From Eledone cirrhosa (taxonomy: Eukaryota), in contig OZ024740.1 in NCBI GenBank assembly GCA_964016885.1, forward strand, positions 71,114,001 to 71,178,000: DNA of 64,000 nucleotides, read 5' to 3'. Under the pieces are notes generated by a model that was not told the origin of the DNA, ran no database searches, and worked only from the letters and a program-made list of their open reading frames with translations. Shown in pieces: positions 33,015 through 47,000 of this stretch. Made by a program: the position numbers and the translations under genes. How positions within the stretch are numbered: position 1 is the stretch's first letter; each line of letters starts with the position of its first letter.

Positions 33015-35852
33015 TCATCATCATCATCATCATCAACGTTTAACGTCCGTGTTCCACGCTTGCATGGGTTTGGACGGGGGTAGTCCCACTTGAGGCAAGA
33101 GTGATTGTCTTGCTCGCATAGGACTGTCTGGCAGGTTTTCTACAGTTGGATGCCCTTCCTAACACCAACCACATTTACAGTGTGGGTCTGGGAGGTTTTT
33201 ACCGTGTTGCCTACACGGCCACATTACAGCGTGGACTGTGTGTTTTTTTGTCGTGACACCTACACGATCTCATTTGTTTCGGCCTGGATGGCGCCTGCAC
33301 CAACATAACTTTACATAGGACGGGGTGGTGTGGATGGGTGGGGGTGGTGGCGGGACGGGGTGTATTTTGTTAGAGATGCCTACTGGCAAGGCGGGTCTTC
33401 TCTGTTACTGAGTACCGCCAAAGGTCTCGGTCCAGTGACATTGTCTTGGAGAGGTGTAAGTGTGTGAGGTCGGAGTTTATCAGCTCGTCCCAGGTTTTTC
33501 TAGGTCTGCCTATTCCGTGGCTACCGTCTATCTTTATTGCCCTGCACTTTGTTATACAGCTATCGACTTTCATGCGCATCACGTGTCCATACCAACGTAG
33601 CCTTCTCTCGAGTAAACAACATCTGATCCCTCTTATCTCTAATTTTTTCCTTAGTTCGTTTATGCTTTGCCGTTCACGTCACGTATATTACTGTTACACA
33701 TCCAGCGGAGCATGCAAGCTTCGTTCCTCTCTAGTCTGCGTATATCCTCTGCACACAATGCCCAGGTCTCACTGCCATGCAACATTGCTGTTCGTATGCA
33801 GGCATCGTACAACCTGCCTTTCATTTTTAGGGAGAACCCTTTAGCAGCTAATAGTGGTATAAGCTCTCTGAACTTTTTCCAACCAGTTCTGACTCTAGCT
33901 ACAGTACTTTCAGAGCACCCTCCCCCACTGCTGATTTTATCGCCCAGGTAACGGAAGCTGTCCACTATTTCTATAGAACCCTCTGCGCAATTGAAAGAGC
34001 TAGTATTTTGTGGGCACTTGCTGCTACTTATTGCACCAGAACACCGGCCACATGTAAAATCTATGTTCTTAGTTAGCTTACCTGTGATCCCACTACATCT
34101 TTTATGCACCCATACTTTGCATTTGGGACATAAAATGGAGTTTCTACCTACACCTTTCCTACACACCGAGCACGACCATTTCCCAGAAGGGACCGCCGCC
34201 TTGTTTTCTTTCCTACAAACTAGAACTTTGGTCTTAGCCAGGTTAATATTAAGTCCTTTTGACTCTAGGCCGTGCTTCCATGTTTGGAATTTCTTCTCTA
34301 GCTCGGCCATTGATTCCGCTATGAGTGTCAGGTCGTCTGCGTATAGGAGTTCCCATGGGCAGCCTGTCTTGAACTCCTCTGTTATAGCCTGAAGGGCAAT
34401 AATAAATAGTAGGGGGCTGAGAACAGAGCCCTGATGGACGCCAACTTTTACGCTAAACTCTTCACTATATTCGTTGTTAATTCTAACCTTGCTGACTGTT
34501 TCTTTATACATGGCTTGTATAGCCCTCACAAGCCATTCGTCAACGCCTAGTTTTCTAAGAGCCCACCAGATAATGGAGCGGGGGACTCTGTCGAAGGCTT
34601 TCTCCAAGTCGACAAAAGCTAAGTAGAGGGGTTTACCTTTAGCTAGGAACTTCTCCTGTAGTTGTCGTACTATGAAAAGAGCGTCTGTGGTACTTTTGCC
34701 TGACACAAACCCGAACTGCATTTCATCTAGGTCAATTCTCTCTCTGATTAGTTGCGCTATTACTTTTTCCGTGACCTTCATGACCTGGTCGATTAATTTA
34801 ATGCCTCTATAGTTACTCCTATCTAGGGCGTCTCCTTTACCCTTATAACAGTTAACGATGATGCTGCTATGCCAGTCCTTCGGAACAACCCCATTCTGTA
34901 CGAGTGACCATGGTGCGAGTGACCATGGTACGAGTGACCATGGTGCGAGTGACCATGGTGTGTCCCACCGTGCCAGATGCCTTCAGCATCTCAGCAACTA
35001 TTTCCGAAGGCCCAGCCGCCTTACCTGTCTTCATATCCTTGATTGCCTTACTTATTATACTCCCCTCGACTAACACTGCTGGTCCCTCTATTGGGTCGAT
35101 ATGGGGGAGACTGTCTTTCTCCCATTTATTCTCCTCATTTAGTAGCCTTTCATAGTGACACTTCCAAGCTACCTTCTTATCAGTGTCGGTGATGGCAAGT
35201 ATGCCATCATCGTTAAGTACACACTTCTCCCCGACAATATCACGGTTTTCCTTGACGCATTGCCTAGCAATCCTGAACACCTCACGTTTTTGGTCATCGC
35301 GTTGTAGGACATGCTTGAACTTTCTTTCCTCAGCTTCCCTTCTTGCTAAGTACACTTGTCTCCTAGCTTCCCTCCTGGCCACTTGATAGTCTACTCTACT
35401 TCCCCCATCCCGCCATACTTTCCAAGCCTGCTTTTTGGCCTTAATTGACCCCTCCACCTTACTGTTCCACCACCATGTTACTCTCCTCCTGCCTACAGGC
35501 CTGCTCCAGCCACAGACTTCGTCTGTCGCCAACAGCAGGTTTGCTTTCAGAAATTCCCACTGTCCCTCTATATTGTCCGACTCTAAATGTTCTTCCTTAC
35601 TGTCGAAAGCATCAAGTAATATGTTTTGAAATTTATTTTTGGCTGTGGGGTCCTTTAGCTTCCATATTTTTCTCCTGAGGATAGTCCTCTTCTGCTGTCG
35701 AGTACGTCTCGTCCTGACTATGAGGTCGCTAATTATCAGTCTATGTTGGGAGGTGCATTCTTCATGGGGGAGGGATTTAGTGTTTACAACAGACACTCTG
35801 TCACGTCTTCTGGTAAGGATATAATCTACCTGGCTTGTGTGTTCCCCGGATC
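33015..35852 (-). mobile_element. 5'-truncated, frameshifted RTE family A copy
   Basis: ORFs 34867-35796, 33660-34781 and 33370-33582 are consecutive pieces of the family A polyprotein. Confidence 0.93.
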
Positions 35853-36259
35853 TACTTTATATCCATGTAGGAGAACCCCTACCGATGCGCTGAACGAGTG
35901 TGACTTTTTAGTCCAGCCAGCGACTTGAAAACTCTGGTACAGACACTTATGACAATTATTGACACATAGTGCTGGGCCCATGGTACCATGTGATGACAAA
36001 TGCAGAGAGATCTCCAGATATAAAGCAATGCCTGTGCCGTGAAGCTTTTATAGTGAGTAAAGGCACTGCACAAAGCCAGTCCCACTCTCTTAACGAAGAT
36101 GATATTTACCAAAAAGAAGAACAAGTCAACATCATTGGATACCATCAGGGTTGCAGGTGTTATATCAGAGTTTTCCTTCTCCTAGAATTCTGCCTTGACA
36201 AAGGCTAAGAGTCATATACATACATATATACATACATATGTATATACATACATATATAT

Positions 36260-37607
36260 ATCATCTCATCATCATCTCATCTTCGTTTAACGTCCATATT
36301 CCATGCGCGCATGGGTTTGGACGGGAGTTTTCCCACTTGAGGCAAGAGTGGTTGTCTTGCTCGCATAGGACTGTCTGGCGGGTTTTCTACGGCTGGATGC
36401 CCTTCCTAACACCAACCACATTTACAGTGTGGAACTGGGAGGTTTTTACCGTGTTACCTACACGGCCACATTACAGCGTGGACTGTGTGTTTTTTTGTCG
36501 TGAAGCCTACACAACCTCATTTGTTTCGGGCTGGATGTTGTGGTACCAACATAACTTTACATTGAAATGGGTGGTGTGGATGGGTGGGGGTAGTGGGATG
36601 GGGATGTATTTTGTTAGAGGTGCCTACTGACTGTAGTAGGTTTCACTTTGCACTTAGGTAAGGCGGGTCTTCTCTATTACTGTGTAGCGCCAAAGATTTC
36701 GGTCCAGTGACATTGTCTTGGAGAGGTGTAAGTGTGTGAGGTCGGAATTTATCAAGTCGTCCCAGGTTTTTCTGGGTCTGCCTACTCCGTGGCTACCGTC
36801 TATTTTTATTGCCCTGCACTTTTTTATACAGCTGTCGTCTTTCATGCGCATCACGTGACCATACCAACGTAGTCTTCTCTCGAGTAAACAACATCTGATC
36901 CCTCTTATTTCTAATTTCTCCCTTAGTTCGTTTATACTTTGCCGTTCACGTATATTACTATTACACATGCAGCGGAGCATGCAAGCTTCGTTCCTCTCTA
37001 GTCTGTGTATATCCTCTGCAAACAATGCCCAGGTCTCACTGCCATGTAACATTGCTGTTCGTATGCAGGCATCATACAACCTGCCTTTCATTTTTAGGGA
37101 GAAACCTTTAGTGGCCAATAGTGGTATAAGCTCTCTGAACTTTTTCCACCCCATTCTGACTCTAGCTACTGCACTTTCAGAGCACCCTCCACCACTGCTG
37201 ATTTTGTCACCCAGGTAACGGAAAGTGTCCACTATTTCTATAGAACAATCTGTGCAATGGAATGAGCTAGTATTCTGTAGGCACTTGCTACTTATTGCAC
37301 CTGAGCATCGGCCACATATAAAATCTATATTCTTTGATAGCTTACCAGTGATCCCACTAAATCTTTTATGTACCCATACTTTGCATTTGGGACATAAAAT
37401 GGAGTTTCTACCTACTCCTTTCCTACACACTGAGCATGGCCATTTCCCAGATGGGACCGGTGCCCTATTTTCCTTCCTACAAACTAGAACTTTAGTCTTA
37501 GACAAGTTAACTTTAAGGCCTTTTGATTCTAGGCCATGTGCTTCCATGTTTGGAATTTCTTCTCTAGTTCAGCCATTGATTCAGCTATGAGCGTTAGATC
37601 ATCTGCA
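36260..37607 (-). mobile_element. 5'-truncated RTE family A copy starting at the YADD codons
   Basis: ORF 36654-37547 plus UTR and tail. The 5' end merges into the (TA)n tract. Confidence 0.92.
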
Positions 37608-38170
<563 letters not shown>

Positions 38171-38570
38171 TGGGGAGACCCAAGAAGACCTGGGATGAGG
38201 TGATAAAAGCCGACCTTACCCAATTACACCTCTCAAAGGCGATGACACACGACCTTGACCTCTGGCGTCATGCAGTAATACAGAGTACTCGACCTCCCAT
38301 GGGTACAAGCTGAAGCATATAGACAATATGCCCTCACACCCTCCCTCTGCAAGGTGGTCGTGGAGGTGCCACGGCAAAAAAGCACCCAGCACTCACTATA
38401 AATGAGGTTGGTGTTAGGAAGGGCATCCAGCTGTAGAAATCAAGCCAAAATCAGTTCCTGTATGAGCAAGGTATGGTCAGCCGACTAGACACTGCCCACA
38501 ACAGGACAACCTGTCTAACCCATGCTAGCATGGAAGAACGGACGTAAAACGGTGATGATGATGATGATGA
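38171..38570 (+). mobile_element. RTE family C 3' fragment
   Basis: [39 protein letters not shown] plus UTR and tail. Matches the reverse complement of 41640-42090. Confidence 0.85.
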
Positions 38571-38650
38571 TATATATATATATACATATATATACATATA
38601 TATACATATATATACATATATATACATATATATACATATATATATATAGT

Positions 38651-39071
38651 TATACTTGGGGAGGGTCATATTTGTGTAATATTGCCAGAATTAATAACAG
38701 AACACACTCACTGTTTGGTTGGTTTTCGCTTTTCGCTTCTGTGTCTTTTATATCGGTAATTTAATTTATAATAAACAGACTAAATAAAGATGGCGTAGAA
38801 AATACAATGCAACGGGAGGAAACAATAGCACCACTGACGATGTTGCAGATGTGCAACGAAAGAACTTTGATAAACTATATATATATGTGTTTGTGTCTAT
38901 ATTGTATCTGTATTTTTGACTGTTGGTCAGTCAATGGCAACATTGAGGACCGAATAAATTAAATTACCGATATAAGAGACACATAAGCGAAAAGCGAAAA
39001 CCAACCAAACAGTGAGTGTGTTCTGTTATTAATTCTGGCAATATTACACAAATATGACCCTCCCCAAGTAT
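38651..39071. repeat. Inverted repeat (~118-bp arms, ~185-bp spacer) with a hammerhead-like core in the spacer
   Basis: tatacttggggagggtcatatttgtg.. / ..cacaaatatgaccctccccaagtata. The spacer contains CTGACGA-T-GTTGCA(GATG)TGCAAC-GAAA at 38835-38862. Confidence 0.85.
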
Positions 39072-39145
39072 ATAATATTTGTTTCGACACACGATTTCAT
39101 ATCAAAAACCTCGCAAAACTAATTTATATATATATATATACATAT

Positions 39146-41562
39146 ATGACTTTTTACTAGTTAGGCAACGGGACAGGCAGATAGTGTCTAATACCAAGGC
39201 ATACCCTGGGGAAGAATGTACCCCACAGCATAGGTTAGTTGTTAGTGATATCTCAGTAAGCAAGAGATGGAATGAGACATATAGGAAGGTGTGGAGAAGA
39301 AAGGTCTGGAAGCTAAAAGACCTTTCACTAAAATACAAATTTAGGAAAGCCCTTCAAGATGTATATGACGAAAAAGAAGATGATTTAGAGACGTATGACA
39401 TAGATAATAACTGGAATTTCCTACGTGACAACTTGCTGCAGGCTACTGATGAAACTTGTGGCTGGAGCAGAGCTCCAACCAGACAGAGAGTGACCTGGTG
39501 GTGGAACAGCACAGTAGATAAGGCTATTAAAGACAAAAGACTAGCATGGAAGGCTTGGAAAAAGGGTGGGAGTACAGCCACTAAGAGAGAAGCTAGACGT
39601 CAGGTGTACTTAGCACGCAGGGAGGCAGAGAGTAGGAGGTTTGCCAATGTTCTGCGACGGGAAGATCAGAGGCGTGCGGTGTTCCACATTGCAAGGCAAA
39701 TCAGGATGTTGTTGAAGATAGATGTGTCCGGGATGATGCCGGTGTACTTAGTGTCACGAATGATCAGAAAAAGGAGGCCTGGAAATGTCATTATGAGAGA
39801 CTGATGAATGTGGAGAACAAATGGGAGAGAGAGAAATTACCCTTGGTAGATCCGACAGAGGGACCAGCTATTGAGATTGACGAATATAGGGTCCAAGAGG
39901 CGATTAGGGAAATGAAAAATGGTAAGGCTGCCGGACCATCGGGAATAGTTGCTGAGATGCTGAAGGCATCAGGGGACGTAGGCACTAAACTGGTTGCACG
40001 CATCATCAATCAGGCTATACCCAAAGACTGGTGCAGCAGTATTCTCATAAATTGCTATAAACGTAAAGGGGATGCTTTGGAGAGGAGCAATTATAGGGGT
40101 ATAAAACTGATAGATCAGGTTATGAAAGTGGCAGAAAGGATTTTAGCACAACTAATTAGAGAAAGGGTCAAACTAGATGAGATACAGTTTGGTTTTGTGC
40201 CTGGGAAGAGTACAACAGATGCCCTCTTCTTGGTGAGACAATTGCAAGAGAGGTTCTGAGAGAAGAATAAGCCACTATACTTAGCCTTTGTTGACCTAGA
40301 GAAGGCCTTTGATAGGGTACCCCGATCTGTCATCTGGTGGTCTCTAAGGAAGCTAGGTGTTGAGGAATGGCTTGTGAGGACAGTGCAAACTTTGTACAGA
40401 GGTACTCTCAGTAAAGTCAGGGTAGGAATGGAGTTTAGTGAGGAATTCCAGATACAAGTAGGAGTACATCAGGGTTCGGTCCTCAGTCCACTCTTGTTCA
40501 TTATAGTCCTCCAAGCCATAACAGAGGAGTTTAAGACTGGCTGTCCATGGGAACTTCTCTATGCTGACGATCTGGTTCTTATAGCAGAATCAGTAGAGGA
40601 GCTAGCGAATAAATTCTGGCTATGGAAACAGCAGTTGGAAGCAAGAGGACTGAGAGTGAATCTAGCTAAGACAAAAGTGTTGATGAGTAGAAAAGAGGAC
40701 AAAACCCTGATTCCGTCAGGGAAATGGCCATGTTCGATATGCAGAAAAGGAACTGGCATAAATTCTATAAAATGCACACAATGCAGATCCTGGGTACACA
40801 AGAGATGTAGCGGGATAGCAGGCAAACTAACAGGTAGGGAGAAATATGTATGCAGTAGATGTACAGGGAAATTAGACAGTAGAAGTCGCATTGATAGACA
40901 CATTTTTCAAATGCAGGAGGGCGCTATAGAAGTGGTGGATAGCTTCCGGTACCTAGGAGATCAGATTAGCATGGGAGGAGGGTGTTCCGAGGCCATAGTA
41001 TCTAGAATAAGGACGGGTTGGAAGAAGTTTAGGGAGCTGCTTCCTCTGTTGACGAAGAAGGGTTTCTCCCTGCGTACGAAAGGCCGGTTGTATGATGCCT
41101 GTGTGAGGAGCGCGATGCTGCATGGTAGTGAGACATGGGCAGTAACTGCAGAGGACATGCGACGGCTGGAGAGAAATGAGGCAAGCATGCTCCGTTGGAT
41201 GTGCAGTGTAAATGTGCATGAACGACCCAGCTTAAATGTGTTGAGAGAGAAACTGTATCTGAGAGGGATAGAATGTAGTGTACGGGAGAGGAGACTGAGG
41301 TGGTATGGACATGTGATGCGCATGGAGGATGACCGATGGGTGAAGAAGTGCCAGGAATTGCCAGTTGAAGGAAGACGTGGTAGAGGTAGACCACGAAAAA
41401 CATGGGCGGAGGTGGTGAGAACAGACCTCAGATCATTGAAGCTCACGGTGGAGATGACGAGGGACCGTGACGAGTGGAGAGATGCTGTGCTGAATAAGAC
41501 CCGTCCCAACCTTGCAAGCAGGGAAAAGCGGACGTAAAATGATGATGATGATGATGATGATG
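39146..41562 (+). mobile_element. RTE family B (divergent), 5'-truncated and frameshifted, with essentially no 3' UTR
   Basis: ORFs 39079-39804, 39804-40259 and 40374-41537. The stop codon falls in ggacgTAAaatgatgatg, immediately before the (GAT)n tail. Confidence 0.92.
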
Positions 41563-41639
41563 ATATATATATATATACACATATATATATATACATATAT
41601 ATATACATATATATATATACATATATATATATACATATA

Positions 41640-43935
41640 TCATCATCATCATCATCATCACCGTTTTACGTCCGTTCTTCCATGCTAGCATGGGTTAGAC
41701 GGGTTGTCCTGTTGTGGGCTGTTTCTGGTCGGCTGACCATGCCTTGCTCATACAGGAACTGATTTTGGCTTGATTTCTACAGCTGGATGCCCTTCCTAAC
41801 ACCAACCTCATTTACAGTGAGTGCTGGGTGCTTTTTCCGTGGTGCCTACACGTCCACTTTACAGTGTGGGCTGGGTGCTTTTTTGCCGTGGCACCTCCAC
41901 GACCACCTTGCAGTGGGAGGGTGTGGGGGCATATTGTCTATATGCTTCAGCTTGTACCCATGGGAAGTCAGGTACTCTGTATTACTGCGTGACGCCAGAG
42001 GTCAAGGTCGTGTGTCATCGCCTTTGAGAGGTGTAATTGGGTAAGGTCGGCTTTTATCACCTCATCCCAGGTCTTCTTGGGTCTCCCCACTCCGCGGTGT
42101 CCATTGACTTCTAATGCTCTGCACCTTTTTATGCAGCTGCATCCTTCATACGCATCACATGTCCATACCAACGCAACCGCCTCTCCTACACACAGCATTT
42201 GATTCCTCTTATGCTCAGTCTCTCTCTCAATTCATTTATGCTTTGTCGTTCGCGTATATTACTATTACACATCCATCGAAGCATGCAGGCTTCGTTTCTT
42301 TCTAATCTACATAAGTCTTCCACCTTCGGCGCCCAGGTCTCACTACCATGTAACATTGCTGTTCGGATACACGCATCATACAGTCTGCCTTTCATTTTGA
42401 GGGAGAAGCCTTTTGCAGCTAGCAGTGGCAGTAATTCCCTGAACTTCTTCCATCCTGTTCTTACCCTAGTTATTGTACTTTCTGAACACCCACCTCCGCT
42501 GCTAATTCGGTCACCTAGGTAGCAGAAGCTGTCTACTGTTTCTACAGAGCCCTCCCAGAGATTGGTGGTACTTGTTTCCTGTGGCTGTTTGCTGCATGTG
42601 AAGCCTACATTCTTAATTAAGCTTCCTGAGATCCCGCTACATCTCTTGTGTACCCATTGTTTGCATTTGGGGCAGAGAATGGAGTTCCTACCTACACTTT
42701 TCCTACATACTGAGCAAGGCCATTTCCCTGAGGGGATCTGGGTTCTGTTTTCTCGTCTACTTACAAGGACCTTAGTCTTTGTCATGTTGACTTTGAGACC
42801 CTTTCTTTCTAGTCCCTGCTTCCAAGTTTGGAATTTCTTCTCTAGTTCTACCATAGATTCAGCTATAAGTGCGAGGTCATCAGCATACAGGAGTTCCCAT
42901 GGGCATCCGGTCTTAAACTCCTCCGTTATTGCCTGCAGGACTATGATGAACAGGAGAGGGCTAAGAACAGAGCCCTGGTGGACACCAACCTGTACGCTAA
43001 ATTCCTCGCTATACTCATTGCTAATCCTAACTTTGCTGACTGCTCCCCTATACATGGCTTGTACAGCTTTCACAAGCCATTCATCTACTCCTAGTTTTCT
43101 AAGAGCCCACCAGATTACAGCACGTGGAACTCTGTCAAAGGCTTTCTCGAGATCGGTGAATGCCAGGTAGAGTGGCTTACTTTTAGCTAGTACTTTTCCT
43201 GTAACTGCCTCACAAGGAAGAGGGCATCAGTGGTGCCTCTTCCTGGTACAAACTCAAATTGCATCTCATCTAGTTTCACCCGGTCCCTAATCAACTGTGC
43301 TATAACTCTTTCTGTTACTTTCATGACCTGGTCCATCAGCTTTATACCTCTATAGTTTCCTCTATCTAGTGCATCACCTTTACCTTTGTAGCAGTTGACA
43401 ATGATGCTACTGCACCAATCTTTTAGTATGACACCTTCTAGTATTACCTGGTTAACAATACGTGTGGTTATAGTATGACCTACAGACCCAGATGCCTTCA
43501 GCATCTCAGCAGCTATACCCGATGGACCGGTTGCCTTCCCCATCTTCATATCTTTGATTGCCTTACTTACTACGCTGCTGCTGACTTGTACTGCTGGCCC
43601 CTCTATAGGGTCTACTTGGGGTAGGGTCTCTTCTTCCCATGCATTCTCCTCATTTAGTAATCTATCATAATGGCTCTTCTATGCATCTTTCTTCTCAGCA
43701 CTTGTGAGGGCAAGCTCACCTTTATCATTCCGGATACACTTCTCTCCAATGACATCACAATTCTCTCTGACACACTGCCTCGCAATCTTGAACACCTCTT
43801 GTTTCTGGTCCTCGCAAAACATGCTTGAATTTTCTATCCTCTGCTTCCCTCCTAGCTAAGTATACTTAGCGCCTAGCTTCCCTCTTGGTCTCTATGTAAT
43901 GTACCCTGCTCCCCCCGTTCTTCCATTCTTTCCAT
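41640..43935 (-). mobile_element. RTE family C, 5'-truncated, disrupted
   Basis: ORFs 43187-43549, 42186-43073 and 41968-42198, with a distinct 3' UTR and (GAT)n tail. Confidence 0.92.
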
Positions 43936-44096
43936 ATATATATATATGTATATATATATGCATATATATATGTATATAAATATGTATATATATATATATA
44001 TATATGTGTATATATATATGTATATATATATGTATATATACATATATATATACATATATATATACATATATATATACATATAAATATACTTATATA

Positions 44097-47000
44097 TCAT
44101 CATCATCATCATCATCATCAACGTTTAACGTCCGTGTTCCACGCTTGCATGGGTTTGGACGGGGGTTTTCCCACTTGAGGCAAGAGTGATTGTCTTGCTC
44201 GCATAGGACTGTCTGGCAGGTTTTCTACAGTTGGATGCCCTTCCTAACACCAACCACATTTACAGTGTGGGTCTGGGAGGTTTTTACCGTGTTGCCTACA
44301 CGGCCACATTACAGCGTGGACTGTGTGTTTTTTTGTCGTGACACCTACACGATCTCATTTGTTTCGGCCTGGATGGTGTGGCACCAACATAACTTTACAT
44401 AGAAGGGGGCGGTGTGGATGGGGTGGGGGTGGTGGGACGGGGGTGTATTTTGTTAGAGATGCCTACTGACTGTAGTAGGTTTTACTTTGTATTTAGGTAA
44501 GGCGGGTCTTCTCTATTACTGAGTACCGCCAAAGGTCTCGGTCCAGTGACATTGTCTTGGTGAGGTGTAAGTGTGTGAGGTCGGAGTTTATCAGCTCGTC
44601 CCAGGTTTTTCTGGGTCTGCCTATTCCGCGGCTACCGTCTATCTTTATTGCCCTGCACTTTGTTATACAGCTATCGTCCTTCATGCGCATCACGTGACCA
44701 TACCAACGTAGCCTTCTCTCTAGTAAACAACATCTGATCCCTCTTATTTCTAATTTTTTCCTTAGTTCGTTTATGCTTTGTCGTTCACGTATATTACTAC
44801 TACACATCCAGCGGAGCATGCAGGCTTCGTTTCTCTCTAGTCTGCGTATATCCTCTGCACACAATGCCCAGGTCTCACTGCCATGCAACATTGCTGTTCG
44901 TATGCAGGCATCGTACAACCTGCCTTTCATTTTTAGGGAGAACCCTTTAGCGGCTAATAGTGGTATAAGCTCTCTGAACTTTTTCCACCCAGTTCTGACT
45001 CTAGCTACTGTACTTTCAGAGCACCCTCCCCCACTGCTGATTTTGTCACCCAGGTAACGGAAGCTGTCCACTATTTCTATAGAACCCTCTGCGCAGTTGA
45101 AAGAGCTAGTATTTTGTGGGCACTTGCTGCTACTTATTGCCCCAGAACACCGGCCACATGTAAAATCTATGTTCTTAGTTAGCTTACCTGTGATCCCACT
45201 ACATCTTTTATGAACCCAAACTTTGCATTTGGGACACAAAATGGAATTTCTACCTACGCCTTTCCTACACTCTGCGCATGGCCACTTCCCGGAGGGGACC
45301 GCCGCCTTATTTTCTTTCTTACAAACTAGAACTTTAGTCTTAGCCAGGTTAATTTTAAGGCCTTTTGATTCTAGGCCGTGCTTCCATGTTTGGAATTTCT
45401 TCTCTAGCTCGGCCATTGATTCAGCTATGAGCATTAGATCGTCTGCGTATAGGAGTTCCCATGGGCAGCCGGTCTTGAACTCCACTGTTATAGCCTGAAG
45501 GGCAATAATAAATAGTAGGGGGCTAAGAACAGAGCCCTGATGAACACCAATTTTTACACTAAACTCTTCACTATATTCGTTGTTAATTCTAACCTTGCTG
45601 ACTGTTTCTTTATACATGGCTTGTATAGCTCTCACAAGCCATTCATCAACACCTAGTTTTCTAAGAGCCCACCAGATAATGGAACGGGGGACTCTGTCGA
45701 AGGCCTTCTCCAAGTCGACGAAAGCTAAGTATAGGGGTTTACTTTTAGCTAGGTACTTCTCCTGTAGTTGTCGTACAATGAAAAGAGCGTCTGTGGTACT
45801 TTTTCCTGACACAAACCCGAACTGCATTTCATCTAGATCAATTCGCTCTCTGATTAGTTGCGCTATTACTTTTTCCGTGACCTTCATGACCTGGTCGATT
45901 AATTTAATGCCTCTATAGTTACTCCTATCTAGGGCATCTCCTTTACCCTTATAACAGTAAACGATAATGCTGCTACGCCAGTCCTTTGGAACAACCCCAT
46001 TCTGTATGACTTGGTTGACTATCCGGGTGACCATGGTGTGTCCCACCGTACCAGATGCCTTCTGCATCTCGGCAACTATTTCCGAAGGCCCAGCCACCTT
46101 GCCTGTCTTCATATCTTTGATTGCCTTACTTATTATACTACCCTCGACTAACACTGCTGGTCCCTCTATTGGGTCGATGTGGGGGAGACTGTCTTTCTCC
46201 CATTTATTCTCCTCATTTAGTAGTCTTTCATAGTGACACTTCCAAGCTACCTTCTTATCGGCATCGGTGATGGCAAGTACGCCGTCATCGTTAAGTACAC
46301 ACTTCTCCCCGACAATATCACTGTTTTCCTTGACACATTGCCTAGCAATCCTGAACACCTCACGTTTTTGGTCCTCACGTTGTAGAACATGCTTGAACTT
46401 TCTTTCCTCAGCTTCCCTTCTTGCGAAGTACACTTGTCTCCTACCTTCCCTCCTGGCCACTTGATAGTCTTCTCTGCTTCCCCCATCCCGCCATACTTTC
46501 CAAGCCTGCTTTTTGGCCTTAATTGACCCCTCCACCTTACTGTTCCACCACCATGTTACTCTCCTCCTGCCTACAGGCCTGCTCCAGCCACAGACTTCGT
46601 CTGTCGCCGTCAGCAGGTTTGCTTTCAGGAATTCCCACTGTTCCTCTACCTTGTACGACTCTATTTGCTCTTCCTTACTGTCGAAAGCATCAAGTAATAT
46701 GCTTTGGAATTTATTTTTGGCTGTGGGGTCCTTTAGCTTCCATATTTTTCTCCTGAGGGTAGTCCTCTTCTGTTGCCTAGTACGTCTCGTCCTGACTATT
46801 AGGTCGTTAATTATCAGTCTATGTTGGGAGGTGCATTCTTCATGGGGGAGGGATTTAGTGTTTACAACAGTCACTTTGTCACGTCTTCTGGTAAGGATAT
46901 AATCTACCTGGCTGGTATGTTCCCCTGATCTGTAGGTGATCAAGTGATTGTCTCGTTTTTTGAAGTTAGTGTTGCAGATAGTTAGGTTATTTGCGTCACA

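Noticed and set aside
35853-36212. Unassigned sequence fused to the 5' end of the 33015-35852 RTE (possible template switch or transduction)
   Set aside because: Without a search I cannot tell it from pre-existing flanking repeat, and it has no recognisable coding signal.
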